Virus record (IMG/VR): IMGVR_UViG_3300045988_101743
Span: 1-64,000 of that record
Source: a virus
DNA length: 64,000 nt
Reading direction: 5' to 3' (one strand)
Part shown: positions 36,799 to 47,304 of the stretch, piece by piece
How the letters are laid out: each line of letters starts with the position of its first letter
How positions within the stretch are numbered: position 1 is the first letter of the stretch
Made by a program: the position numbers and the translations under genes
The notes under the pieces: generated by a model
What the model was told of the DNA's origin: nothing
Database searches by the model: none
Seen by the model: the letters and a program-made list of their open reading frames with translations, nothing else

Positions 36799-38348
36799 GT
36801 GGGCAGGGTGCGGTTATCGACCGTCTTGTGGAGCGATTCTACAAGCTGGCCCTCGGCGACGGCTACGGCTTCGCCCAGTTCGCCGTCCCCTGGGGCAGGA
36901 AGGAGAGCGAGTCGTGGCGCAGGAAGAAAATACTGTTCGACGGTGTCATCCGCCAGTTCGCCAAGGACTGCGGCGTCATGGCCATGGACAACAGGCTCTA
37001 CACTTTCAACGGAAAGATATACGAGCCGACGAGCTCCTTCGCCGTGTGCCAGGCGTACGACATCCTCATGTCGAAGCTTGGCATCGCCGACGTCATGAGC
37101 AACAAGACGCTGCGCAAGGAGGCTTTCCTCGACACCATCGTGGCGTACAACCAGCTTGAGGTGCGTAACGACCTCGTGGCGTTCTCCAACAAGGTTGTGG
37201 ACTTTAGTGGGACAAAACCCGTTGAGATGGGCAAGGGCATGTCGTTCGACCCGAAATGGCACGTCCTCGACTACCGCCCATACCGGTACGACCCGTCTGC
37301 CAAGGCCCCCAAGTTCATGGACTATCTGAAATATGTCCTTCCCGACAAGATGGACAGGGACGTACTTCAGATGTTCATGGGCCTCGGCCTTGTCAGGAGC
37401 TCGTCTGCGTTCAAGAACAACAACGGACCGAGGAGCACCGTCGAGCTGTGCCTCGTCATGCTCGGTTCTGGAGCCAACGGAAAGAGCGTCCTGTTCAACA
37501 TCATGTGCGCCCTGTTTGGCCGCAACCACATCACGTCCATCGACTACGAGACCATCACGTCGGACGGCGACGAGGGGTTGAGGGGAAGGGCCGCCATCCG
37601 CAGCGCGGTGTTCAACTGGTCGTCGGACTCTGACCCCAAGAAGTTCGGCATGCGCAACACGGCGATGTTCAAGAGGATTGTAAGTGGTGAGCCGTACCCG
37701 TACAGGCTCCTTGGCGAGGACATCAGGGTGTCGAGCAACTGCCCGTACCTCATCTTCTCCCTCAACGAACTGCCGAACATCAACGAGGGCACGCACGGTT
37801 TCATAAGGCGGTTGCAGTTCGTCAATTTCCAAAAGACGGTGCCGAGGTGGAAGCAGAACCCGACGCTGGCCCAGGAGATCATCACGAGCGAGCTGCCCGG
37901 CGTGTTCAACTGGGTGCTACGCGGAGCGAAGGAGATAAGGCGCCGCAAGTTCCATTTTCCGGCCACGGACGCCAACGTCAAGACGAAGATGCGCTCCCTC
38001 CTTCCGACGAACCCCGTCTCGGCCTGGTCGCTCGCATACCATGTCAGGGGTACGGCACTCGCGCCCATGGAGCAGTATGTCGAGATGCGCGTCGAGGACC
38101 TGTACCAGAGCCTGGTGCGTTTCGTTGACGACAATGATGGTGGAACTGCCCCGTCCAAGATAGCGTTCAGCAAGTCGTTGCAGAGCCTTGGGTTCACGAA
38201 GAAGAGGAGCGCTGACGGGGTTAGGTACGTGTGCTACGGTGTCTCCGAGAAGGATTTCGGTCAATCGGTGCTGATAGACATGTTCCATGAGGACGACGCC
38301 ACGCACAACTACGCGGAGGACTATGACGCGTTCAACAAGGAGGACTGA
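36795..38348 (+). CDS. DNA primase/helicase (P4-type primase C-terminal + SF3/D5-like helicase NTPase)
   Basis: Walker A LGSGANGKSVLFNIMCALFG. The domain order matches phage/plasmid primase-P4 / D5-family proteins. GC is near 60%, against about 45% for the rest of the window. Confidence 0.7.
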   Translation: MSGQGAVIDRLVERFYKLALGDGYGFAQFAVPWGRKESESWRRKKILFDGVIRQFAKDCGVMAMDNRLYTFNGKIYEPTSSFAVCQAYDILMSKLGIADVMSNKTLRKEAFLDTIVAYNQLEVRNDLVAFSNKVVDFSGTKPVEMGKGMSFDPKWHVLDYRPYRYDPSAKAPKFMDYLKYVLPDKMDRDVLQMFMGLGLVRSSSAFKNNNGPRSTVELCLVMLGSGANGKSVLFNIMCALFGRNHITSIDYETITSDGDEGLRGRAAIRSAVFNWSSDSDPKKFGMRNTAMFKRIVSGEPYPYRLLGEDIRVSSNCPYLIFSLNELPNINEGTHGFIRRLQFVNFQKTVPRWKQNPTLAQEIITSELPGVFNWVLRGAKEIRRRKFHFPATDANVKTKMRSLLPTNPVSAWSLAYHVRGTALAPMEQYVEMRVEDLYQSLVRFVDDNDGGTAPSKIAFSKSLQSLGFTKKRSADGVRYVCYGVSEKDFGQSVLIDMFHEDDATHNYAEDYDAFNKED

Positions 38349-38378
38349 TATTATTTACCGTAATAAATTGATATTGTT

Positions 38379-38912
38379 ATGAAGTTACCGTTTGGAAAGA
38401 AAGTTATGCTTGGAAGCTTCTATGTCTTGAAGCATTCCAGGTCGTTGTCTGCCAAGGAGGCCAAGGCGCTTAGGAAGGCAGAGGGCCTGCCGTCCGAAAT
38501 CATCAAGGCCCTCGACAGGCGCTCCCTTCCGTACATAAAGGTTTCCTCTGTGTCGGAGTCTTGGAGCGTTGAGTTTGTCGCCGGCATGTGCATGTACGAT
38601 GCCATTGACGAGATTGATGTCGCTATCGACGGCGAAGGCATCTACACGTACTATGGCGAGGCTTACAAGACCATGGGCAGCATCATCAATGGATGGATGG
38701 CCTACACGTCGACTGTTGGCGATGTCGAGTACCAGGCCGATGTGGTGAAGGCCATGCAGGCGTACCTGAAGCGCGCCGCAGAAAAGGGCAAGGAGCCTTT
38801 GCCAAGAGAGGAGAGCGAGAAGGCCGTCGAGGAGACCGCTTCCGTTGAGGAGCGTATCCGTACCCTCGGCGAGATGGGAAAATGTGCCGCCGCAAAAATC
38901 AACATACCATGA
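38379..38912 (+). CDS. Hypothetical protein (177 aa)
   Basis: ORF. Confidence 0.5.
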   Translation: MKLPFGKKVMLGSFYVLKHSRSLSAKEAKALRKAEGLPSEIIKALDRRSLPYIKVSSVSESWSVEFVAGMCMYDAIDEIDVAIDGEGIYTYYGEAYKTMGSIINGWMAYTSTVGDVEYQADVVKAMQAYLKRAAEKGKEPLPREESEKAVEETASVEERIRTLGEMGKCAAAKINIP

Positions 38913-39208
38913 TTAGTGCGGACAGGATACTCGATATGGCCGAGGACAAGGCGGCTGTCGAGACGTGGATGATGACCATCGCCCACGGGATAGAGACAGG
39001 TGTGATGCCGCGCCATTTCATCACATTTCATGATGATTGGTTGACGGACTTGGCGCAACAGGTTGAGGACGGCTTGAAAAGCTTGGTGTCAAGATGCCGA
39101 AAGACGATTAGTTGTCATATATACAACAAGACGCCACGAGCATCACTGCCCACGGCGCCCATGAATATTAACCAATTAAATTTATACGTTTTATGGATAC
39201 GTATGTGA
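38909..39208 (+). CDS. Hypothetical protein (start MISADRILDM; ATGA overlap with the previous stop)
   Basis: ORF. Confidence 0.4.
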   Translation: MISADRILDMAEDKAAVETWMMTIAHGIETGVMPRHFITFHDDWLTDLAQQVEDGLKSLVSRCRKTISCHIYNKTPRASLPTAPMNINQLNLYVLWIRM

Positions 39209-39255
39209 TTATGTATTTGCAAAGGTATCGCTTTTTTGCCTTTGAAGCAAGCGTT

Positions 39256-39756
39256 TCACCGTTTTTTCTCCTTCTTGTTTTGGTAAATTAAGCATTCTTC
39301 ACATCTTGTCGGGTAGTGGACTGGTACGAAGTACTGTATAGGCTTCTCGTCCACCTTGATGTCGTCCTGCTTGATTTTGGCGTATTCGGCGATGGCCTTT
39401 GTCATGTCCGTCCACTCCTTCGATCCGCTCTTGTACCTCTTTCGAGCCTTCACGAGGTCGCTGAGTATCTTTTCCTTGGACGTCTCCTTGTTGAGCTCTG
39501 CGAGGTCTATCTCCTCGTCTTTCGAGCCTGTTATGCGAGCGACGATGGCCTCGCTGTTCTCGTAGCTTGTCATCAGCTTCTGTTGCTGCGGCCTTGAGTA
39601 TGTGCTATACAGGCGCCCGAAAGACACATAGAACGCGTCCGACTTGTTCCAGCCAGCCCTTCTTAGGTCCGCATACATCAGCTCCTCTACGCTGTATATT
39701 CCAGTCTTATCGAGCTCCTTTTGCAATGTCACAGAAATTTGGAATCGCTCTTCCAT
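39256..39756 (-). CDS. Hypothetical protein (166 aa) downstream of the head-morphogenesis gene
   Basis: ORF. Confidence 0.5.
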   Translation of the reverse strand: MEERFQISVTLQKELDKTGIYSVEELMYADLRRAGWNKSDAFYVSFGRLYSTYSRPQQQKLMTSYENSEAIVARITGSKDEEIDLAELNKETSKEKILSDLVKARKRYKSGSKEWTDMTKAIAEYAKIKQDDIKVDEKPIQYFVPVHYPTRCEECLIYQNKKEKKR

Positions 39757-39771
39757 AATGTATCCTTTCTT

Positions 39772-40560
39772 TTATTCCTTGTTTTTCAAAATATCTTTCT
39801 CATCGAAAACGTACGTTACCCAGCAACAGCATCTTGAGTGGTACAATGGTGGCGGGTCGTTCTTGTCGTTCATCTTGTGGAAGCGCTCGGCGTGGCTGTC
39901 GCACAGCTCGCATGGGTAGGTGGAGCCCCTGTGCGGTATGAACCCAATGGCACCGTTTCGCCTTGCATAGTTGTACTCCTCCTTGCTCCACGCTATCGCC
40001 ACTGTCCCTTGTGCGTTCCTTACGATATTCTGGTATGCAGAACGATATACGCCTCGTCCGTACGACGGGGTGTCAATGCGCTCTCCGGCTGCGGACGCTT
40101 TGGATATCACGCCTCCGACATACGGGTCCTTGTACTCTGAAATGGCTGTTGATTTCGCGTCATCGTCTGACATCTTCATCCTCTTTGCCGCGAACAGTAT
40201 CTTGACAACATCGTTAAAGAAATACTCCATATAGCTCTCGCTTCTATCCCTGAACGTCCGACCGAAGATGTTTGAACGCAACAATCTACCAACAGCGCCA
40301 GTGTTCTTGTCTCCAACTATGGATATGCTGGCCTTTGAATACTCTACGATATACGCGTCAATATCCTCCTTCGCCTTGCTTATCGACGAGTTCGCCTTTG
40401 TCCTCACGGTTCGCGAGAAGACGGTCAGCGACGACGACACCCTGACACCATTTGCAGCGTCAGCGATGTCCTCCGCCAATGAAGAGAGAATTTCGTCTAT
40501 ATGGGCTTGGACGTTCCTTTCCGCCTGCTTCCTCTTTGAAGCTATAACCTTTCCGTCCAT
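39772..40560 (-). CDS. Head morphogenesis / minor capsid protein (Mu F / SPP1 gp7 family)
   Basis: C-terminal PCELCDSHAERFHKMNDKNDPPPLYHSRCCCWV resembles the conserved F-like motif (P..C..HPNCRC). Confidence 0.6.
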   Translation of the reverse strand: MDGKVIASKRKQAERNVQAHIDEILSSLAEDIADAANGVRVSSSLTVFSRTVRTKANSSISKAKEDIDAYIVEYSKASISIVGDKNTGAVGRLLRSNIFGRTFRDRSESYMEYFFNDVVKILFAAKRMKMSDDDAKSTAISEYKDPYVGGVISKASAAGERIDTPSYGRGVYRSAYQNIVRNAQGTVAIAWSKEEYNYARRNGAIGFIPHRGSTYPCELCDSHAERFHKMNDKNDPPPLYHSRCCCWVTYVFDEKDILKNKE

Positions 40561-42272
40561 TACTTATGCTTGTCGTTCCAGTCTTTCCAGTTGTTTTTGT
40601 CGTCAACAGGATTATTGCCGTTCTCATCCCACTTCTTCCCCGACTTGTTTGGGCGGCCAGGCTTTCTTCCGCTTCCTGTATTGATGTCGTTTCCTGACTG
40701 TCCGCGGTTGAGCCTTGCCTGCGCTTCCTGCTCCTCGATAGCGTTCTCCGTCTCTGCGTCTCCGCGCTGGATGTCGAGAAGAAGGTCTTGCTCCTGCTCT
40801 TCTTTCTTTTCCTTGACTATGCGTCCGTACTCGTCGTTCTTCGGGTATTGCGGGCAACGCTCTGACGCTGTCTGGTGCGACAGGAAGCCGTTCTGAACAG
40901 CGGTGGCGATGTTCGTAATCTCCTCCGTGTAGTTCTCGTGTACGTAAGCCTGTATGTACGCATAGATAGGGAGAGCCATCATTGTAGCGATGTTGTTGTT
41001 CTTGTATCCAGTCTGATACTTGGCCACGCGAACAAGCGACACGAGGAACGGTTGGAGATGCTGGGCGTCATTCATGGCGCACTCGATGGCCGGCGAGTAC
41101 AGTAGCTTTAGGGCCACACCGGGAAGGTCTCCAGATTTCAGCTCGGGAGGCTTTACGGTAAACGAAAGCTCGTATATGAGGTTGTAAGCCTTGTCGAGCT
41201 GTGTCGCGAACGCCTGCGACGCGTCCGTTCCGTTCAGGAAGCCCGCCTTTGCGTCAGGGTCGGTTATCGCGAGTGCCTTGACGGCCCCGTTCATATTCCC
41301 CTCGACCTGCAAGTCCTCTCCTTCTCCTTGGTAGTAGAAGATTGGGAACGCGTACGCCTCGTTGTTCTCGCAAAGATGCGAGAAAGCCTCCTCGTAGTCC
41401 TCAATAAGCTTCTGAACCGGCGACCAGCATGGCCCGTCGTCCCTTCTTGCGTACGCAACGGGAATAAACGGGAATCCGTGTTCCTTCTTTGACACGAAAT
41501 GAAATCCGCTTACAACATAGTCGTCTCCGATTTCGTAAATAAGATTGTCATCACTCTTCCCGTCAATCTTCTTGTTGAACCGGTATAGGTACTTGTCATC
41601 CCACACCTCCAACCATTCAGTCTTGCTCCTTCCGTCGATTTCGTAGTCGCGGTACGAGCGCCCAAAGACCATCAGGTCTCCCGTGACAGAATCAAACTGC
41701 GGATAAAGAGTGTCTCCGTTGAGGAACGACAGTGTTTTCACTCCAGGCCGTTTGTCCTTTGTTATAAAACCGACGATAGCGCAGTCAGCGGTGACGTTCC
41801 AGGAGTGTATGGCCTCGAAGAAACGTGTTTCCACGTCCATGTCGGACCACATCCGTTTGAATGACGACAGATGCTCCTGGTTCATCTCCTCTTGCGAATC
41901 ACCGTCTCGTCCTTGAGAAATCTCAAACTGCACATCGTTTCCTGTCAGATGCACGTCATGCTTTCCAGATATTAGCTTTTGGAAAGCGAACGCGGAGCGC
42001 TTGATCGGCTGCCTGTACACTTTCCCAGACACTGGGTCTTTCTTCCATATATCTGGATATTCCATAGGGTCGTTAATCCTATGGCCGCTTGGGAAAAACT
42101 CCCTAAGGAAATCCTGTTGCGTCTTGATGCACACCCTTAGGCTGTCTTCCGGCATAGCGACATCTGAATTTACTATCTCTATCTCTTCCCTGCCCTTTGC
42201 GAGATAACCCGTGGGCGTGACGATGTACCATGGTTTTTTGGTACACACTTCCCTTCTCATTGAAACATCCAT
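40560..42272 (-). CDS. Portal protein (start MDVSMRREV)
   Basis: About 570 aa, immediately downstream of terL, with an acidic/Gly-rich C-terminal tail typical of portals. Confidence 0.65.
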   Translation of the reverse strand: MDVSMRREVCTKKPWYIVTPTGYLAKGREEIEIVNSDVAMPEDSLRVCIKTQQDFLREFFPSGHRINDPMEYPDIWKKDPVSGKVYRQPIKRSAFAFQKLISGKHDVHLTGNDVQFEISQGRDGDSQEEMNQEHLSSFKRMWSDMDVETRFFEAIHSWNVTADCAIVGFITKDKRPGVKTLSFLNGDTLYPQFDSVTGDLMVFGRSYRDYEIDGRSKTEWLEVWDDKYLYRFNKKIDGKSDDNLIYEIGDDYVVSGFHFVSKKEHGFPFIPVAYARRDDGPCWSPVQKLIEDYEEAFSHLCENNEAYAFPIFYYQGEGEDLQVEGNMNGAVKALAITDPDAKAGFLNGTDASQAFATQLDKAYNLIYELSFTVKPPELKSGDLPGVALKLLYSPAIECAMNDAQHLQPFLVSLVRVAKYQTGYKNNNIATMMALPIYAYIQAYVHENYTEEITNIATAVQNGFLSHQTASERCPQYPKNDEYGRIVKEKKEEQEQDLLLDIQRGDAETENAIEEQEAQARLNRGQSGNDINTGSGRKPGRPNKSGKKWDENGNNPVDDKNNWKDWNDKHK

Positions 42273-43924
42273 AGATTCTTTACTTTTTTGTGTTTTTTTC
42301 TTGATAGCTTCGCTGGGTATTCCCAATAGTAGCAAGACTCGATGAAGTCCGGGGACCATCCGACATACCTCTTGGCGATTTTCTTCTGCAACACCCTGAA
42401 ACCACGGTCGTCTCCTCCCTCGTCGCGCCTGATGGCCTTTCTCTCCTTTTGCAGTATCCTCTCAAGAGTCCAGTTCTTGAATCCGTTTCCGGAGAATTTT
42501 CGTTCGAGGATTGAGCGTTCGATAGATATTCTGCCGTTCTTTATGTCCTCATAGAACATGAAGGCGCATTGGCTCTTTAGGTCCTTGTATAGGAATTTAA
42601 TTCCATCACGCTCCTCGCGTGTCAGCGCGATTGGCGCGAGCTGGTTGTTGAACGGCATCGCGTCTGGGAAAAATCCCTTGAAATACTGTCCGATACCCTG
42701 CATATCGTATGTAAAATTCTTTTCCTCAACCCCCCATTCTCTCAACTTGGCTTGCACAACGGACACGACGGTCTTTGAGTCAAGGCGCATTACGACGATG
42801 TCCTGGATATGATTTCCGACCCACAGCCACATCACGAAATTATCACCTCCTGTGAAAGCAATGTCAGCAGAAGCCCTTCGTATGCCATCTCCTGTCTGCA
42901 CGGAGTTACGGAAGAACGCCTCCATGTCCTCGTACTTAATCATGTCGTCTCCTGCCGCCTTCCAGTTCCAGTTGGCCTGCAAGTCGCGCATTCTCTGCTC
43001 CTCATCCTGCTGTGCGAGGTTTCCAAGATAAGATGGGTCAGACGACAATAGCTTGATGTTTTCTGAAAGGTCTGCGCGTATGAACGTGACCGACTTGATT
43101 GTAACGTCAAGCTTCGTCATCCCAAGCCTTGAGTACACCTCATCGTATTGCTCGTTCCAAATCGAGTCGATGATCGGCGCACATTGGTCGTACACCTCCT
43201 CGCGTGTGCTTCCCCAGTATATTGAGTCTGGAGAATCGCCATCCATGTAGCAGTATCGGATCACGCCGCATCGCTCTGGAATGGCGTAACCGTCATCGTC
43301 AATCCACCAGTCGATGAATTTTCTAACCCAAGAGTCCGGATCAGGGTTGCATGTTCCCCAAAATCGAGACCGAAGACCAGATGCGTTACGGTTAACCGTT
43401 GTCAGGTATTTGAACTTCTTGTATTCGCACTGCGTTATCTCGTCTATGCCGACATAGGAGTACTGGCGCCCTTGAAACCTGTCCTTGAACGATTGGTAGT
43501 TTCCTCCGTAGTATGAGAATTTCAGCCACCCTCCATTGTTGAAGTTCCAGGTCATGTCGTTGATGGACTTGTTGTATATGCCAAAGTCCGAGTATAGCTT
43601 GTATGAGTCGTTGATGAGAGAGTCGAGGTCTTTCGTTTCCTTACGGAGCAACAAGGCTGTAAATCCAGACGCGGTTATGTCGTATAGCGACTGCATAAGC
43701 ATAGAGAAAGATTTTGAGCCTCCACGAGAGCCTCCGCCAATCAATATGTCAACATTTGTGGCAAGCATTTTCTCTTGCGCTCCCTTCTGGGCAATGAACA
43801 CCCTGAGCGTCCCAGGATGCTTCATATCCTCATCCCTGAGCGCCTGTATATATTCCTGCGTAAATACCGGAGAACCGTCCGGCATGAAATATCCTGAGTA
43901 TTTGTTATCCTCAAATATCTGCAT
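42257..43924 (-). CDS. terL: Terminase large subunit
   Basis: Walker A GGGSRGGSKSFS and Walker B VGIDEITQ. A C-terminal nuclease region follows. Confidence 0.8.
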   Translation of the reverse strand: MQIFEDNKYSGYFMPDGSPVFTQEYIQALRDEDMKHPGTLRVFIAQKGAQEKMLATNVDILIGGGSRGGSKSFSMLMQSLYDITASGFTALLLRKETKDLDSLINDSYKLYSDFGIYNKSINDMTWNFNNGGWLKFSYYGGNYQSFKDRFQGRQYSYVGIDEITQCEYKKFKYLTTVNRNASGLRSRFWGTCNPDPDSWVRKFIDWWIDDDGYAIPERCGVIRYCYMDGDSPDSIYWGSTREEVYDQCAPIIDSIWNEQYDEVYSRLGMTKLDVTIKSVTFIRADLSENIKLLSSDPSYLGNLAQQDEEQRMRDLQANWNWKAAGDDMIKYEDMEAFFRNSVQTGDGIRRASADIAFTGGDNFVMWLWVGNHIQDIVVMRLDSKTVVSVVQAKLREWGVEEKNFTYDMQGIGQYFKGFFPDAMPFNNQLAPIALTREERDGIKFLYKDLKSQCAFMFYEDIKNGRISIERSILERKFSGNGFKNWTLERILQKERKAIRRDEGGDDRGFRVLQKKIAKRYVGWSPDFIESCYYWEYPAKLSRKKHKKVKNLWMFQ

Positions 43925-44051
43925 ATTTGTACTATAATGTTGCAAATATATTAAAAATAATTTGGATATTGTGTTTTTATGCACTATATTTGCAGATGTA
44001 ATATATTTTTACGTCCATATATAGCAATCGCGCAATCAGAGGATTGAGCAT

Positions 44052-44124
44052 AGCGGAGTGGCAGCAGTGGTAGCTCGCTTGCCTCATGAGCAAGAGGTCG
44101 TTGGTTCGATTCCATCCTCCGCAA
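44052..44124 (+). tRNA. tRNA-Met(CAT)-like gene (imperfect acceptor and D-stem pairing; no encoded CCA)
   Basis: Anticodon stem cttgc/gcaag with loop ctCATga. T-loop ggTTCGATTcc. D-loop AGTGGTA. 3' strand ctccgc pairs with 5' gcggag. Confidence 0.45.
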
Positions 44125-44184
44125 CAAGAGTAAAAAGATAAAACCTGGAAACACCAGGTTCAGGATAACAAACTTTTTAACACA

Positions 44185-44871
44185 ATGGAATTTGAAAAAA
44201 TCGTTTCCACAATTTTAGAGAAGTCTGGAAAAACCGACGTATCGAAAGCAACCGTGACCATGTTGGCAAAGCTTCTCCCCGTCGCAGACGGCGCTGAGCC
44301 TGACGAGGAGTATTTCGACAAGATGGTCAACGCTGTCAAGAGTGTGCAGGGTAACGTAAACAACGTTATGAGCGCAAAAGTCACCGAGCAGGTCAACGCC
44401 AAGGTGTCCGAGGAGCTGTCCAAGCGACGCAAGAAACCTAAGGACGACGAGAGCGAGAAGCTTGAAAGCGATGACGATATGCCAAAGTGGGCCAAGGAGA
44501 TGCGTGAGACACTCCGGAGCTTCACCGAGGAGAGGCAGCGTGAGAAGGCCGAAAGAAGCAAGAAAGAGTTGCTTGAATCGGTCAAAAAGCGCTTGGAGGA
44601 GAAGTTCGACGAGGGTGGCCTCAAGCTGAACGGATTCTTTGCGAAATCAGCGCTCTCTAAACTTGATATTCCTGAAAAGGATGCAGATGTAAAGGCTCTC
44701 GCCGATGAGGCGGAGAGAATCTACAACAGGGACCTCAAGGAAGCCGGTATTTCCATCGACTCGCCTCATGCTGGCGGGAATAGTGGAGGAAGTGGTGGTA
44801 AAGGAGACGATGAGCACGCATTCGACGACGTGGCCAAGGTTGTCAGTCGCTTCAGGCCCAAGCAAGATTGA
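44185..44871 (+). CDS. Putative head scaffolding protein
   Basis: Charged coiled-coil-like 228 aa directly upstream of the capsid genes. Confidence 0.45.
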   Translation: MEFEKIVSTILEKSGKTDVSKATVTMLAKLLPVADGAEPDEEYFDKMVNAVKSVQGNVNNVMSAKVTEQVNAKVSEELSKRRKKPKDDESEKLESDDDMPKWAKEMRETLRSFTEERQREKAERSKKELLESVKKRLEEKFDEGGLKLNGFFAKSALSKLDIPEKDADVKALADEAERIYNRDLKEAGISIDSPHAGGNSGGSGGKGDDEHAFDDVAKVVSRFRPKQD

Positions 44872-44898
44872 TTATTTACAATTTAACAAAATTTTGCT

Positions 44899-45651
44899 AT
44901 GACAGAACTTGACTTTTATCAGCAGAGGATTTTGAACAGTGGCGTTTTTCACGGCACGGTTCTCGTCCAGGCTCATGGCGAGATTGGCGGAACACGCAAC
45001 GTATTCGTGAAGTTGCAGTCAAGCGCCAAGAACGGCCTTGTGTATCCCACCATCGGCGGCGTGCTCAAGAATTCGTTCAAGGGCAACGCCAAGATCTTCG
45101 CAGGAGACCTTATCGAGTATGACCCTGGCATTGAGACTGACTCGGGTGCCACAGTAAAGGTTATGAAGACGTACCAGGTGGCCGCAGCCGTGACATCTGC
45201 GCAGACTGTGCAGATCGTACGCGACGGCTTCAAGCACATTCCGTTTGTAGGCGATTTCCTTATGGTGGCGCCCACAAAGATTGACGGGACAGGGACCGCA
45301 GTGACAGTCACTGGCGTGGAGGCAAAGACCGACAGTGCAAACGGCGACGTATGGGAGCTGTCGTTATCAGCCGCAATCACCGCAAAAAAGGGTGATGTCC
45401 TTGTGGAAGCATCCGCTGGCACAGGTACTGTAAAGGCCGTCGTGACCAATCCCAACGCATACGCCCCGAGTGACGCAGATTTCGTTTACAACCCAGCAGC
45501 GTCAAATGACGACTTCGAGGGCGCCCGCTATCTCTTCACACCTTGCTTGGCAGACCCTGGCACCATCCTCTACAAGTGCAAGATGTCTCCCACCCCAGCA
45601 AGCGTATTGGCAATGAACAAGAGCAACGTGCCTGGCTGGTTCGCTATTTAA
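44899..45651 (+). CDS. Hypothetical head protein (Gly/Thr/Val-rich; possible decoration protein)
   Basis: 250 aa, between the scaffold and the major capsid gene. Confidence 0.45.
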   Translation: MTELDFYQQRILNSGVFHGTVLVQAHGEIGGTRNVFVKLQSSAKNGLVYPTIGGVLKNSFKGNAKIFAGDLIEYDPGIETDSGATVKVMKTYQVAAAVTSAQTVQIVRDGFKHIPFVGDFLMVAPTKIDGTGTAVTVTGVEAKTDSANGDVWELSLSAAITAKKGDVLVEASAGTGTVKAVVTNPNAYAPSDADFVYNPAASNDDFEGARYLFTPCLADPGTILYKCKMSPTPASVLAMNKSNVPGWFAI

Positions 45652-45674
45652 CCACAACCTAAAAAGTAAGCACT

Positions 45675-46847
45675 ATGGCAAAGTATAATTTCAACTACTC
45701 AAGATACGCCAAGTTCTTCTCTTCACCAGAGAACTCAAGGTTCTTGCAGTCATACCTTGACAACAAGGATTTGTTCTGCACCAACTACGGTTGGTATAAG
45801 ACACAGGGCCGACTTGCTCCAGCAGAGACACCCGTCAGTCATGACGGAACCGCAGTGTTCATGTGCAAGTCGCGCAAGTTGAAGGCCGCTCATCTTATGG
45901 ACCTCCGCGCTCCTCTTGGAGACAGCAATCTCGGTGACACTTCAAACATGAAGTTTTATACGGCTTCCATCCCAGACTTCATCGCTGACGGAATGAAGGA
46001 GACCGCTACAGAGAGAGACTACAAGGTTCAGCTCTACGAGACCTTCGGAAACGACGCAGACATCGTTGCCGCCTATACCGAGAACCTTCAGGAGCGTTTC
46101 AACCAGGTTGACGCGACTATGTCTTGGATGACGGCCAAGCTCATGACTACCGCCAAGTTGGATTACACCAACATTGGCCGTGGCATCCAGCTTCCCTTGC
46201 ATAAGGCTGAGGTTCCTCCTGAGAACTTCCTGAAGGCTGGCGCAAAGGCGTGGGCAGACGAGAGCTGCCAGCTTCTGACACAGCTTCGCAAGATGGAACA
46301 GGATATCCGTCACAGAATGGGCGACTATGGAGGCCCCATGGTTATCCAGATGACACAAAACGACTTCCTTAACGTGTTCTTGAAGAACAAAGAGGTTCGC
46401 GCGTTCGTTTCCGACTATCGCAAGCTCAACTACCTCGCAAGCACACAGAACATACCTGTTCTCAGCTCAGAGTGGAACAAGGCTCGTGTAGACCTTGAGG
46501 GCGTGTCTCCCATCGAGCTTGTTGTCGAGAAGGAAGTCAACAAGACGCACACTAAGGAAGAGTCTGTAAACGGCTGGGCAGACGGCACAGTGGTGTTCCG
46601 TCCGGCAGGAGACGCCGTTGAGTTCGAGCGCAAGCAAATTCTCGACGAGCGTATGATACGCATGTATGGAGCCAAGGGTATCACTGCCGTCATCGGTCAT
46701 GCGAACGATGGGTTGTCTACCGTCATAAACACGACCATGGACAACGGTCGCTTTAGAGAGTGGCAGACGGATGTCATGATGTCGGCTTGCCCGGCATTGG
46801 TGAACTTCCCCAACCACTACATCATCGACATTACAAAGGCTGGTTAA
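45675..46847 (+). CDS. Major capsid protein (HK97-fold candidate)
   Basis: 390 aa, in the position and size class of major capsid proteins of Bacteroidales siphophages. Confidence 0.6.
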   Translation: MAKYNFNYSRYAKFFSSPENSRFLQSYLDNKDLFCTNYGWYKTQGRLAPAETPVSHDGTAVFMCKSRKLKAAHLMDLRAPLGDSNLGDTSNMKFYTASIPDFIADGMKETATERDYKVQLYETFGNDADIVAAYTENLQERFNQVDATMSWMTAKLMTTAKLDYTNIGRGIQLPLHKAEVPPENFLKAGAKAWADESCQLLTQLRKMEQDIRHRMGDYGGPMVIQMTQNDFLNVFLKNKEVRAFVSDYRKLNYLASTQNIPVLSSEWNKARVDLEGVSPIELVVEKEVNKTHTKEESVNGWADGTVVFRPAGDAVEFERKQILDERMIRMYGAKGITAVIGHANDGLSTVINTTMDNGRFREWQTDVMMSACPALVNFPNHYIIDITKAG

Positions 46848-46866
46848 CTAATAAGAATCGCTACGT

Positions 46867-47301
46867 ATGGGAACAGAGGTGAATGGAAACTTTTACAGCA
46901 TCATCGACTACCTTCTTGACAAGGTGCGTTTCGATGTTCCGGAGTCCGCAATCAAGCCGATACTCATTGAGAGAGGTTTGGATGGAGGCATGCTTGCCAC
47001 AGATTGCGACAGGGACTCGCTGCGCCTGTGCTATGCAGACTTGTTGAAGTGGTATGTCATTGGTGCGAGCAAGGTGAACAGCACCTCTGACTCAGACAAC
47101 GGATGGTCACATTCTGGAGGAGGCTTCTCGCTTGATGCTGACGACAGGAAGCTTATCATCAAGGAGGCGAACGCCATCTACGGTGAGCTCGAGCCATCGT
47201 CGTCGATCAAGACGAAAGGTTCCTTCAGAATGATGTCCTTCGGTGTCAGGCACGCAGACTATGATATTTCCGGCAATCCGTTACCGCATGTTATAAAGTA
47301 G
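46867..47301 (+). CDS. Head-tail connector/adaptor candidate
   Basis: 144 aa in the post-capsid position. Confidence 0.45.
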   Translation: MGTEVNGNFYSIIDYLLDKVRFDVPESAIKPILIERGLDGGMLATDCDRDSLRLCYADLLKWYVIGASKVNSTSDSDNGWSHSGGGFSLDADDRKLIIKEANAIYGELEPSSSIKTKGSFRMMSFGVRHADYDISGNPLPHVIK

Positions 47302-47304
47302 TAT

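Noticed and set aside
36588-37832. 414-aa minus-strand ORF
   Set aside because: It is antisense to the GC-rich primase gene and has an Arg/Ala/Val-rich composition typical of a spurious high-GC antisense frame.
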